Source: Haliotis rufescens | Taxonomy: Eukaryota | Length of the DNA: 64,000 nt | NCBI RefSeq assembly: GCF_023055435.1 | Contig: NW_025963802.1 | Span: forward strand, 7,874,001-7,938,000 | Reading direction: 5' to 3' | In this document: positions 52,501-62,250 of the stretch, piece by piece | Layout: each line of letters starts with the position of its first letter | Position numbering within the stretch: position 1 is the stretch's first letter | The notes under the pieces: generated by a model | The model's database searches: none | What the model was told of the DNA's origin: nothing | What the model saw: only the letters and a program-made list of their open reading frames with translations | Position numbers and translations under genes: made by a program

Positions 52501-55500
52501 AATTCATCTTTTGACTTGAACGAAGAGGCTTCTTTTGCCTTGATCTCAAAGAGTCTATTGCAACTCTATTGATAGGTTCAGGTCTGATCAACTTTGACTG
52601 AACTGACGCATTTTCAGTGGCTTTACAGATGTCGATACATCTTTCTAGAGTGAGGTCCCTTTCTTTGAGCAGTGCTTGCTGAGTGTCGGGATCTCTTACT
52701 CCAAGGATGAGTCTATCTCTTATTATTGAAGAGATACAATTCTGACAATAGTTGCAGGTTTTCACAAGAGAACGGATTGATCCTAAGAAATTTTCAAATG
52801 TCTCTCCTTCCTTCTGTTTTCTGAGATTGAAGACGTATCTCTCATATGTCTCATTAACTTCACCAATAGTAAATGCTTCGAATTTGTCTAGAATTTCTTT
52901 GACAGTTCTCTCAGCTTCTGGTGTTTGAAAATGGAATCCATTGAAAACTTTTAAGGCTTCATCACCAAGTGTGTTTAGGAGCAAAGCTACTTGATATTCC
53001 CTTCCATATCCTGGCAGGTTCACAAGTATAGAATAATTGGTCCATTTCTGTTTGAATGATTTCCAATTTTCAGCAATGTTGGATTCAATAACAAGGGGTG
53101 ATGGAGGTTTTATACCACTAACAGGCCGTTGAGCTTGAGGAGGATTGTCGGCCATATTTGAAGACTTGAAGCAAGGCTAGACTATCTTCACAGACAATAC
53201 ACACTTGTAGCTAGTTGACATCGACAAATGCAGACAGGAATCTCTCGAGTGTGCAGAATGTCGCTTATCAGGTCAAATTAAGCTAACAGATTCAAGTGTT
53301 CATTCATTTCAGCGAGTGACATCACTGCTGAGACATTTGAATGATAGCAGACGAACGCACGTGGTCTGAAACACCTCGGTTTCCATTATAACATTTCAGA
53401 CATAAAACTGACAGAAATAGGTCGTGGTATCATAGAGGAGTGAGAAAGTCACCTGCTGCCACCATGTTACGTGCTGTGTATGATGTACACATGTCTGGAT
53501 AGCCATAGCCAACTCAGGTTAAAGCATCAACGTTTATTATAACTTGCATTGCAGACATACACCAAGGGAAGCAACTCTTGTCACAAGAGTGCATACCACG
53601 TAACAGAAAGGGACACTGATGGCACAACCGGATCATCCCAAGTAAGTCTACATATCTCTCCGGATAGTTAAACAGACTTCATTTCACCAGGCTTATCCTT
53701 TTACGTTAAATCAAATTGAAAGTTGCGAAAGTGGTCGGGTGCGTCACACTCATGGGGGACCCTCGCTCTATTGATCGATTATATCCCAACGTTACCTGAA
53801 TTCGGCGTTCTCCTGTTTTCGGCGATCATGTTTCTCGCGTTATTGTCCGAGAGCACGTGCTGTGTCAGCAGGTCACTTCGACCCTCTCGGAAAAAAATCG
53901 GCTCCATATGGAAATCAGAAAGGTATTCTTACTATAGTTACAAAAACGTTGTTGAAATATACTCTCGAAACTTATTACCAATCCTACCCTATTTAAAAGT
54001 GTTGGAAATTGTAGTACTGAACTTCTAAAAATTCGCCTTTCGGCATCGTCTGCTAAGTTAACCATGTTTGTCAACAATATATCACGTGACTGAAGTCGTC
54101 AGATGCCGAGCGGTTAAAAAAATATGGAAACGTTTTCGGGACATCTCTTATAGTATTTTACCATTCGTCCCAATGGTTCTAAGATAGTTCTTTATGTTCT
54201 TTCAGACCAGTACGACCGTTCGTGGTCATTATAGATCCAATTACAGCATTGATGACCTGGATAATGCCTATAAACTGGTTACCGAAGAAAATGTATCTGC
54301 ACAGAGGGCTGCAGCTAGGTGGGGTGTTCCAGTTTCAACACTTAAAGACCGTCTTCTCGGAAATGTCAGCCTCGACACAGTCAAGTCCGATGCCGTTATT
54401 TACAGCAACAAAGGAGTCATTCTTGGCCAGTCACATTCGGGTTATGGGGGAGATTGGCTATGGTTACACTCGTCAGGAGTGAATCAACCTTGCGAGTGAC
54501 TATGCTGTCCACTTGGGATATCGGGATCGTTCTCATCCATTGAGTTTACGGTGGTTGTACAGCTTCATTGATAGATGGCCAGAACTTAAAGTCCAGAAAC
54601 CACGCAAACTTGAGGCTGCAAGGGCGAGATCGGCGACCAAGGAGAACATTGCGAGGTATTTTGGAGAGCTGTCACAGCTCATAAAGAAACACAGCTTGGA
54701 CAATTCTCCTCATGCTATCTTCAACATCGACGAGAAAGGCCTCTCTACCGATGTTAAACCCCCCAAGATTGTTGCCGGTGTTAATTGCAAGGCACAGACT
54801 GTGACATCGGGAAAGTCTAAAACAGTCACGATGATTGCAGCTGTCAGTGCAGTTGGCGGGAATGTTCCTCCTTCTTTTGTATTTCCTGGTCAACGGATGA
54901 GAGAAGAACTGCTGTCTGAAGCAACACCTGGAGCCTCTGGCACTGTGTCTGAGACAGGATGGTCGAATACGGACGTATTCAGCACCTACATGAAGGATCA
55001 CTTGGCGAAATACCTGCCAGCTCGTGACGCAGATTCACCCGTTCTTATATTATATGACGGCCACAAGAGTCACGTGTCACTTGGTTTAATTGAATGGGCG
55101 AGGCAAAATCACATCATATTGTTTGTTCTTCCACCTCATACCAGTCACCTTTTACAACCGCTTGACATCGGGTGTTACGGTCCTTTTCAGACCACCTGAA
55201 TGAGAGCCTGTCATACATTTCTTAGAGAAAATTCCGGGAGAGCCATCAGTCAACACGACATATGCGGGATAGTGTTTTATTCCACTTTGACGCCTATTAA
55301 CATTGTATCTTCCTTCAGAAAATCTGGAATCCACCCGTTCAACTCCGATGTTGTTGATGACTTGCTTGTCATGCCTGCCCGGTCTTTTACCAGGCCCCCG
55401 CCGTCTGATTCGGAAGGAAATGCGGTTGTTGCCAATACTGATTGTGCAGCACGAGATTTTCTGGAATATCAGGGTGGCGAAGTCTTGAAGAATGTGAAAA

Positions 55501-58500
55501 CGTTTAAACCAAGAAATACTCTGAGTAAAATCGTCGGTGGGAAGGCAATAACTGACCAGACAATACTTGACAAAATTACAGCGCATCGGGATAAACAGAA
55601 TTAAAGTCGGCAAACAGAATCCGCGTAAGAGGAAACGGGACAGTCAACGTGATCCATGCACTGACCAGCCCACAACATCAGGCGTGGATATATCTATGGG
55701 AAAAGGCAATTCTTCCAATAACAACAAAGCCAAGGGGAAGATATCTAGTCGCGCGGGTACTGCTGACAAAGCTACGCGCACACCTGAAGTCCCACCTAAT
55801 GACAGTTTCACAGACAGTGAAACAGATGATGACGATGTCTGTTGTGTTTGCGGGAAATTCACTCCTGATGCCTTACGGTACACTGACACAATCACATTTG
55901 TGAAGTGGGCAGAGTGCAGTAAATGTGGACATTGGGTGCATCTAGTATTTTGCACGAAGTTACGATTTGTCCACACTCATACACAATTTCTTTGTGCCCA
56001 CTGTGAGCCAACGGTTGAAGAGTAAAATTCATAAATGTCTTCAAATGTTCCAGTTGGAGTGACTCATTTAATATTTCTTAATTGATGTTGGAACTACGTC
56101 GAGTTCCATTGTATTTTCACCAAAAACATTCACGTGTTGTGTGTGAAACATAATTTTGGATTTCATCAACGGTGTACCATACATTCTTCGTGTGAAACGT
56201 CATCGCCGAAAACAGGTGACGTAGGACGCATCTCCCAAATATGGGCCACTGCAGTAATTTGAAGAGTGTCGTCAGTAAAATGTGAGTGAATATCCTTTGA
56301 CAGATGATTGTTGCCATTACCAGAAAATGAATTGATTTTATTTGAACGTGTATAATTTTACCGCGCACTTTTCGTTCATCGCCGAAAACAGGTGAAACCG
56401 GGATATAATGTCTGTGGAAGCTCAATGCATAACTTATATAGGATGCAAACAGAATTTGATGCGTGTAACTATTTTGTTTGGTTTAATAAAGTGTTTGTAA
56501 ATATCTCTCGTTCTCATTATTAATTTCTTCAGTTCTGCCTTGTAGTTGCAAAATGAATGACGTCTCGCGATTTTTTATGAATGAAAAAAGTAGTCCCGGT
56601 GTGACAGAGGTCACGGTTATCCAATCAAAACGAATAAAACAAGGTCAACCTTGTACGACACACGTGTGACGTACGGATTTAGTATCTTACCACCTGTATC
56701 TTCACCACGTGGGTAATAATGTCATTTAACTTATGAAGTTGATTCTGTGGAAATGATTGGTTAATTTGTTTTATTGGCTTCCGTTTCTCAATCGGTAAAT
56801 CACAGATTTGATTATAAAATGTTATTTTAATTATAATTAATTTTAATATTATTATCCTTTCAATAGTTGCAGCAACTGACAATCACTTCAAATATATTTA
56901 CACTAACACTACTTACACATAACAATACTTAGATCTGAAATTAGTACCCGACATTAGAGCACGCCAGACAAAGTGTGTGAAAAGACAATTATGATTATCT
57001 TGTCCACTTCTTGTTGATACCAACCACCACCACCACCACTTTGTAAAAACACACAAACTAATACCTGTGAAATATACAAAGTCTTCAGCATCCCCAACTA
57101 CCCTGCCTCGTTTTCAGATAAGCAAAACACCCCGTCCACTAAAGTTAAGAATTCTGAATATATATTAGGCGTTTATTTCTGACATATGACGCCCAAAGGG
57201 TAAAAATCAACAACAACAATAAAAATAATAATAATCACATTACATCTCATCCTACCGGGTACCCATTCACTGCTGACATACTTCCAGTCTCTTGCCTGAG
57301 GAGACACCACACGTGCTTCACGATCTATACCCCATGCATTAACATGTTGGAATGGTTCAAGGCATTCAAGGCATGCGAGATATTCCATAGTGGTTTTTTA
57401 TGCACCCACATGAAGGGTTTCTGTGTGTCATGTCCAGAATACAGTCATCATGTTTAATGGACGCCAGGCGGCTCTTTATCACAGATAGGCCTCCAACATG
57501 AGGGGATACAAATAGGTTACAGTTGTCGCTCACCATGTTTGCCGCAGTAGTTCCTGTTGAAGCCGTTTCTGTTGATGAAGGGAATTGCTTTACAATCAGT
57601 TCCGTGCCAGAGTTGCATCTCCGGCTCTCTGAACTGCACACTCTTGGCGGTGTACTGCTTGTACAAGGTCTTGTTCTGAATGCGCTCGATCTGGAAGCAG
57701 TGAGTGAGCCCGTGTTAGAATAAGTTCCCAGAAACCTATGCTGGTCGAAATAGACGATTTAATGGTTCCAGGGGTTATGCTCGGTGACTTGGTTGATTGC
57801 TTGTCATCGTACCTTGACGGCGTGGGTCGCTGCTCACTGGACTCACTCCTAAAGTTGATAACTCTATGTACAACTGACACAAATACTGCCACAAGTCGAC
57901 TTAGATGTCGCACAGGGTGGATTTACGCCAACGCATGTTTTATTCAAATAACAACCAACACAAATAGCGCCAAGGCTGTGTTGCTCACAAGCGACCTTCC
58001 ATATGAGCTAATGTAGTGTGTATTGAAATATTTAGCCACACACGCGGGAAAGTGTTAACTGGCTGCGCAATGTTTTCTCAATATAATATTCTTTACAATT
58101 GAAAAAAAGATTGATATTGTAACAAAACTCCTCCAAAAATATCACTGCAAACCGGTTTCTGAAAATAGAATGCTTAATCAGTTTCTAGAATTGAACAATA
58201 TATTTCAATTTAATTTTGCATTTAAACTTTTTCCATTTGCGTGCCATAAACAAATCTAATCCACATTAGGATCTGAAACACCTCTGCACTCGGGGCCTAG
58301 AGGTTTCTGAGAATATGATTTATTGGTGTTTTTCTTAAAGTTTGTATTATTTTATGGCTATGTTGATCAAAACATGTGGTACATTGAATCATTGGCATTG
58401 CAGCAAGATTATATATTTTTTTTATTATATCGGAAAACATAAATGCCTATCTGTTTATCAATTCACCTTTACTACTTTCATCCTTGATACTGAAAACTTG

Positions 58501-61337
58501 TTATCCACAACCCTGTACTCTTGGTCATCCTGGTTAAGAAGGACCACCTTTATGTTCTCACCGGGATCCATGGGTTCCCAGGACAGCGGTGGGTGGAAGT
58601 CTCTCGCTGAAACTACAAGACCAGGGTGCCCTTGTACAAAACAACCTTAGCACTACGGCAGTCGTAAGTCTATGTTAAAGTATGGGAGTTACGATCACCT
58701 TAGCGCTATGATCACTTTGTACAACGGCACCCGGGACTTTGGGGAATGCTCGGATTTAATGAGTAGACAAATTTAAGACATTTTAGCTTAATTAATTCAT
58801 TGCTTTCCGAAATTTGAGTAAAACTAGATTGATAAAGAAAAGTAAGTGACAATGGTGAGATAAGGGTAAAAAGGGGTAACGTGCGTTTCTATGACAACCA
58901 CATATACATATTGCATACCAAATTCCTCTTTGATTAAAGCAGAGATGACATAAGGGACTTTTTCAGCATAGCAGCCATGATGTCCATGTTAAGAAACGGC
59001 CTGGATTCTTTTTAGCTTTTTAGGTAGTAATAAAGGACAAAAGGGCAGCGCGCTAATTTTCAAAGCTATAAACCAAGTGGTTTGTGACATCTCTAGATTT
59101 ATGAGGGTCTATGAACTCAGAGGCCATTGTCATATCAGAAATCAAAGTAAGCATTGCGCATGACAAACACTTCATGGATATTAGTCACTGGTAACTTGAC
59201 ATTTTCAATATGGCTGCCGTGGTCGTCAATTTTAAAACAGCATTACCTCGCCCATTCTTCCAATGAAACACATTACCGGATTCTGGCATGGACGCATAGC
59301 ATCTATACAGTCTTGTTTGGTGGTTAGCTGGCGCCATTATATTACAAACCGAAAGGATATCCTATTTGACCTACTTTCAGTAAGGTTCCTTCTGACGACA
59401 GGGACTGACGTATTTTCCTTGTCTCCTTCCTTGTATTCCACCATGTCGTTAAAGTTGATGACGTAGTTGACGCCGTCATTAGTGGTCAATTTACATTCAG
59501 GCTCTACGGCGTTGCTCCGGAATGCCCGCTCTATTTCCTCATTGAGACCAGACTCGTATTTCTTCAGCACTTGTTCCCCGCTCTCTTTCTCGTCAACAAA
59601 GTACCATTGTATGGCCCTAGCCTCGATTTGGGAAGCTCGTATGTCTACACATATCTCATACACGTGTTTCATCATGTTGTAAACATCATCAGGAAACCCC
59701 TGATTATGAAATCAATTAATAAATAAATACATTTTAGCGATTGTTTCTTTTGTTTGTTTGTTTGTTTGTTTGTTGTTTAACGCAGCTATATGACGGCGGT
59801 CTGTAAATAATCGAGTCTGGACCAGACAATCCAGTATCTGGAATACGATGACATGCATCAACCAAGTCAGCGAGCCTGACAACCCGATCCCGTCAGTCAC
59901 TTCTTACAACAAGAATAGTGGCTTTTTGTGGCAAGCATGGGTTGCTTAAGACCTACTGTACTCCAAATTTGAACGGAAATGAGTGAGTGAGTGAGTGGGT
60001 AGATGTATAGGTAGGTAGGTAGGTAGGTAGGTAGGCTGGCAGACATGCCTTATTTATCAACTCACGATTGAATAATTTCTTGTGCAAACTGATGTATTTG
60101 ACATTTACAACTATCATTTCCCAACTGTCTTGTCTCTTCTGTCAATGGCCGTCCTATCTTACTTCGTATAGTTTTTCTTTTGCCCGTGTGTGCATATATC
60201 AAAAGTTTCTCTTAGGCAGTTATCACATTTAAAGGATATCTGACTTGATGTCGTTATTAATTCTTGGAAGTGTAAAAGCCTCAAAGAAATGATTCGACAT
60301 GAAGGTTTACCATAACATTGACAACTCCACCGTTGGTGTCCACGGAGATGCCTACGCTGTGTATCTTTGCATGGTCATATAGATATTTCAGCTGAAACGA
60401 TCAGAGCGAGAGAGTTGGTTGAACGCTGCTTTGAATAGTATCTTAGTAACGGTCTTAATATTGGAGGAAGTCCCCTAAGTGACGCTTAAACACGGATATG
60501 GGGACACCAGCAAGAATCATACGCATAATAATTGGCTAATCGTGGATATTAATCCACAAACAACGGATCCTGACGTGATTAACGGTCGCAAGTTACTCGC
60601 AACTCCTACAGCGAGTTGCCGCGCATTAGACGGTAGGAAACCTGTGCCCTCTAAACCCAGCTGCTGAAGTGGTGCCTTTTGCTGTTCAGGATAAATAGAT
60701 TGGCCTGATTCGGTGATGGGAACGTTGGGTTTAACATCAACACTCGCCATTATTCATCAACACCTGTAAGCACGGTGATACCAAAGTGGTGGTACACGCC
60801 CAATGATACCTCCCGATGAAGGTATTTTGGCGAAGATTGCAATATAACGTGATATATCTGTAAAGAAACCTAATATGGAAGAATAGTGTGTGTGTGAGAT
60901 TTTCACTTTGTAGTCTTTGACTGACAACCTTGGTAAGCACCTGTCCTCATCCAGAAAGTGGTATTATCATTGTGGCTATTATAAATTCCCAAGGCAACAG
61001 GCGTTCAAAATTATTGCATTACACAGCGACGCGTGTCCCGTTTACTATAATAGTAAATACCTTGTCAACTGTCAAGTTCACCAAACATTCTTCGGCAATA
61101 GGTTCTTGCTTTATTTTAGGCAGTGACTTCAGCTCTGCAATGGCTTGGTCAATGCGCTGTGAACAGTCGGAGTGGATTGAAACCTCATATCCCTCGGTTT
61201 CATACACCTTGAAGCCTCGCCGTTGCAAAGGTTTTACGTCGTCGTCCATTGTTGCACTCGCTGAAAACATCAAATTAATGACACTTAGCATGTCCACCGA
61301 ACCATTAAATATATGTGTGTGAAACCTAAGAAACACA

Positions 61338-61381
<44 letters not shown>

Positions 61382-62087
61382 CACAGACACACACACACAC
61401 ACACGCCGAGATTAAATGGTCGAGAATGGGGATATATGTTTTGTTCAGCCGTAGCAATGTAGTAAATAGAAGTTCCACACAGTGGTACTGCGCTCCCTAC
61501 CGCTTGCGTCATGCACGTGTATCGCACTGCAATAAAGAATTCCTAATAGACTGGTGCATGCCTGCATTTGCGCTGCCTCATATATAATGCCGCTGAGTAA
61601 ATAAAACCGTGGTTTAGCTGCTGTTACCACATTGTCTCATCCAATCATGTTGTAATATGAGTTGTATTTTCTGCATGTCATTGCTTGGGGTGAGGATGGA
61701 CCCGCATGTCCCAAGGAAGTCCCCCCACGCCATCAGTGGCATGAAATCAGTCGGACAACCACCCAATCCACATTTCAGTGGACTCTTACGACAAGCAAAC
61801 TAGTCTGCACGCAAACCCCACAGCAGGGATGCAATCAGCAAATTGAGACATGGTTACATATTGATAGAAAGGCGACATACCACTTCTGTGTCCCTGTGTC
61901 CGTTGTTGACTGCCCTCACCACGCTCGTTGATGTTGGTGTTGAGGAGGCTGACCAGACTGTCGAAGAGGTCAGTGTCCTCAAAGATGACCATCCGAACTT
62001 CACGTAGGCACCGCAGGCCGGAGTGTTTCGTCAGCGAGCTATGGACGTATTCCGCTAGCTTCTGTTTTGATATGCCACCCTTGCGGC
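43210..62087 (-). CDS. PARP14-like: Macro-WWE-PARP gene, right tandem copy, 3' part (7 exons: 61920-62087, 61061-61260, 60311-60391, 59375-59699, 58467-58606, 57534-57690, 43210-43520); begins right of the window
   Basis: GT-AG exons with compatible phases. WWE exon plus PARP catalytic motifs IERIQN, LWHGT, NGFNRNYCGK, YGNGVYFA..ASYS, VLTGEYT.G, FDSVVD..P..FVIF..QAYP.YLVTY, ending in TAG at 43210-43212. Confidence 0.9.
44017..45166 (-). mobile_element. Tc1-family transposon, 5'-truncated
   Basis: One TIR-like end TACTCCTCACAAAAAGTTAAG; FTDESRF, FMDDNARPH, SPDLNPIEHAW, GGHTHY. Confidence 0.9.
45529..47898 (-). mobile_element. RLE-type non-LTR retrotransposon (R4/Dong-like), decayed, main part
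   Basis: APGPDGI, EQKG…GCKDQLL, WIDYRKAYDSVPH, RGIFQG, THLIYIDDL, C-terminal KPDLVL…IIEFSVP restriction-like endonuclease. Confidence 0.88.
48753..53605 (-). mobile_element. Full-length Ty3/Gypsy (Mag-like) LTR retrotransposon, recent
   Basis: 141-bp TG..CA LTRs (48753-48893, 53465-53605) with one mismatch; 5-bp TSD GAAAG; PBS TGGTGGCAGCAGGT (53451-53464, tRNA-Leu-like); PPT at 48894-48906. Confidence 0.97.
49166..53155 (-). CDS. gag-pol: Single Gag-Pol polyprotein, 1329 aa (2 CCHC knuckles, protease, RT, RNase H, integrase)
   Basis: Uninterrupted ORF; DPGA protease site, LRICLDP, LPFGL, IADD, NDAC, TDHKPL, HHCC, D..DGG..E integrase. Confidence 0.96.
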   Translation of the reverse strand: MADNPPQAQRPVSGIKPPSPLVIESNIAENWKSFKQKWTNYSILVNLPGYGREYQVALLLNTLGDEALKVFNGFHFQTPEAERTVKEILDKFEAFTIGEVNETYERYVFNLRKQKEGETFENFLGSIRSLVKTCNYCQNCISSIIRDRLILGVRDPDTQQALLKERDLTLERCIDICKATENASVQSKLIRPEPINRVAIDSLRSRQKKPLRSSQKMNSPSRSQRPQSQRERDCKFCGYSHIMARKSCPAWGKKCTKCHQLNHFAPKCPSKKQYSKVNNVELPDEDWINSVHEDSNTDKPAKCRMTVEGRDVVFTIDPGAAVNIIPSSIVQDKLKSLKPTTKKLKMWNETDVTPLGCLNILVQNPANKKKYSVEFVVVQENFVPLLGVKTVTLMNLVTIHEKNIERVANIEVTEKFSDVLDGKLGTFSGVVHLSVDSAVRPVVMPNRRVPVALRSKLNTELDRLEKLGVIAPVSEPTPWVNQIAITQKKSGELRICLDPQELNKALCREHYTLPVLEDTLHELGKSRVFSKADLSSGYWHVQLDEESSLLTTFQTCFGRYRFLRLPFGLSVSSEIFQKKLIQALDGLPGVVCIADDVLIHGRNLEEHDAHLEAFLARCRESHIKLNPSKLELRLSEITFMGHLINKDGLKSDPEKVRAIQNMVPPTNLEELRRYLGLVNYLSKFLPNLTDVLAPLRNLVRKDVAWTWSSSQQESFQKVKDMVTKAPVLSYYDPEKELTVENDACEHGIGSVLMQEGKPVAYASRSLTDTEQRFAQIEKEMLAVTFGLEKFHHYTYGRSVTVITDHKPLVSIVKKPLSRAPNRLQSLLLRTQRYVFDLQYLPGTAIPIADTLSRAPLPDKPSSETVYVNNVYHLPIKDKLMNDIRVATASDETLTKLKSTIMEGWPTHKENLSSELTPYFSYRDELTIQDGIILLGPRVVIPLALRDEIKRKLHVGHMGINSCLRRAKTLVFWPLMSSDIRQYIESCDICARFSDKQSPEPLIMHEIPDHPWEKVGTDIFTIEGRNYLVTTDYYSNFFEIDFLPETTSDVVVTKLKHHFARHGIPKVVISDGGPQYTSEKFKKFSQSWGFSHETSSPGNSKANGAAEAAVKVAKRMMKKCLAAKEDPYLGLLNVRNTPTEGVQTSPAQRLFGRRTRTQVPCTLKTIQHDSGPDDKQQLEDKRMLVVERPLKRLQVGDTVRMQPIQTGRKEWNEATVTDEIKPRTYSVRSDNGHCFKRNRQQLRLARKSRVEDDVNLEIPTFSNCQSPRRSRDDELIQDKQCVQSSANLSNTQTDSVIPTRDVPKNTSSPKSDMFKTKSGRVVKPVKRLDL
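53784..56403 (+). mobile_element. pogo-type (DD35D) DNA transposon, decayed relative of 28041-30727
   Basis: Ends TA|TCCC… and …GGGA|TA; repeated CCTGTTTTCGGCGAT motif. Confidence 0.85.
53908..56025 (+). pseudogene. HTH-DDE_1-PHD transposase pseudogene, join(53908-53922, 54206-56025)
   Basis: IFNIDEKG, YDGHKSH, QPLDIGC, CCVC…WAECSKCGHWVHLVFC…CAHC; frameshifts near 54400, 54480 and 55600; TGA at 55197. Confidence 0.9.
56720..56815 (-). mobile_element. R4/Dong-like LINE, upstream continuation
   Basis: …EKRKPIKQINQ…HKLNDI joins in frame to ISVTLNADCSLHDINCCVYAAA at 47896 once 47899-56719 is removed. Confidence 0.75.
57534..57690 (-). CDS. PARP gene right copy: HGT-motif exon
   Basis: IERIQNKTLYKQY…LWHGT…INRNGFNRNYCGKH; phase 0-1. 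Confidence 0.92.
58467..58606 (-). CDS. PARP gene right copy: first catalytic-domain exon (PLSWEPM…DQEYRVVDNKF…VVK)
   Basis: PxxW..M…EY..V..KF pattern of PARP14-type ART N-terminus; phase 1-0. Confidence 0.88.
58621..58735. mobile_element. Small MITE-like element
   Basis: Imperfect TIRs CCAGGGTGCCCTTGTACAAA / TTTGTACAACGGCACCCGGG. Confidence 0.55.
59375..59699 (-). CDS. PARP gene right copy: WWE-domain exon
   Basis: QWYF…KKY…NEEIERAF…YVINFNDMVEY…VVRR WWE pattern; phase 0-1. Confidence 0.88.
59752..59965 (-). mobile_element. SINE (core family), deleted copy
   Basis: Homology to 7213-7473; (TTTG)n tail. Confidence 0.8.
60311..60391 (-). CDS. PARP gene right copy: linker exon (LKYLYDHAKIHSVGISVDTNGGVVNVM)
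   Basis: 81-nt phase 0-0 exon. Confidence 0.75.
61061..61260 (-). CDS. PARP gene right copy: post-macro linker exon
   Basis: Acceptor TTTTCAG, donor GTATTT, phase 1-0. Confidence 0.8.
61333..61404. repeat. (GCAC)n/(CA)n microsatellite
   Basis: Direct inspection. Confidence 0.95.
61920..62087 (-). CDS. PARP gene right copy: macrodomain 2 C-terminal exon
   Basis: Duplicate of 48-215; one synonymous change seen (AAA/AAG). Confidence 0.85.
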
Positions 62088-62250
62088 CTACAACATTACA
62101 CCCACTTATTCCCCTAGAATTGTATAAAATGCTAGAGCTTTTACGATATTGCACGGGAGGCCCAGTCAGGTAAAGCGCAGGGGTTTCCTTTGAACAAATA
62201 TTGCAGCTAAGAATATTGTTTGAAAAAACCTGCCTTCATCTGCTTATTTA

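Larger units (their letters stand above)
47899..56719. mobile_element. Hairpin-ended non-autonomous element (Crypton-like by inference), copy B, about 1.3 kb net, hosting a Gypsy and a pogo insertion
   Basis: Near-perfect hairpin 47894-47988; TTATTACCCACG (47984-47995) inverted to CGTGGGTAATAA (56708-56719); AATAA at both junctions; removal restores the LINE frame. Confidence 0.75.
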
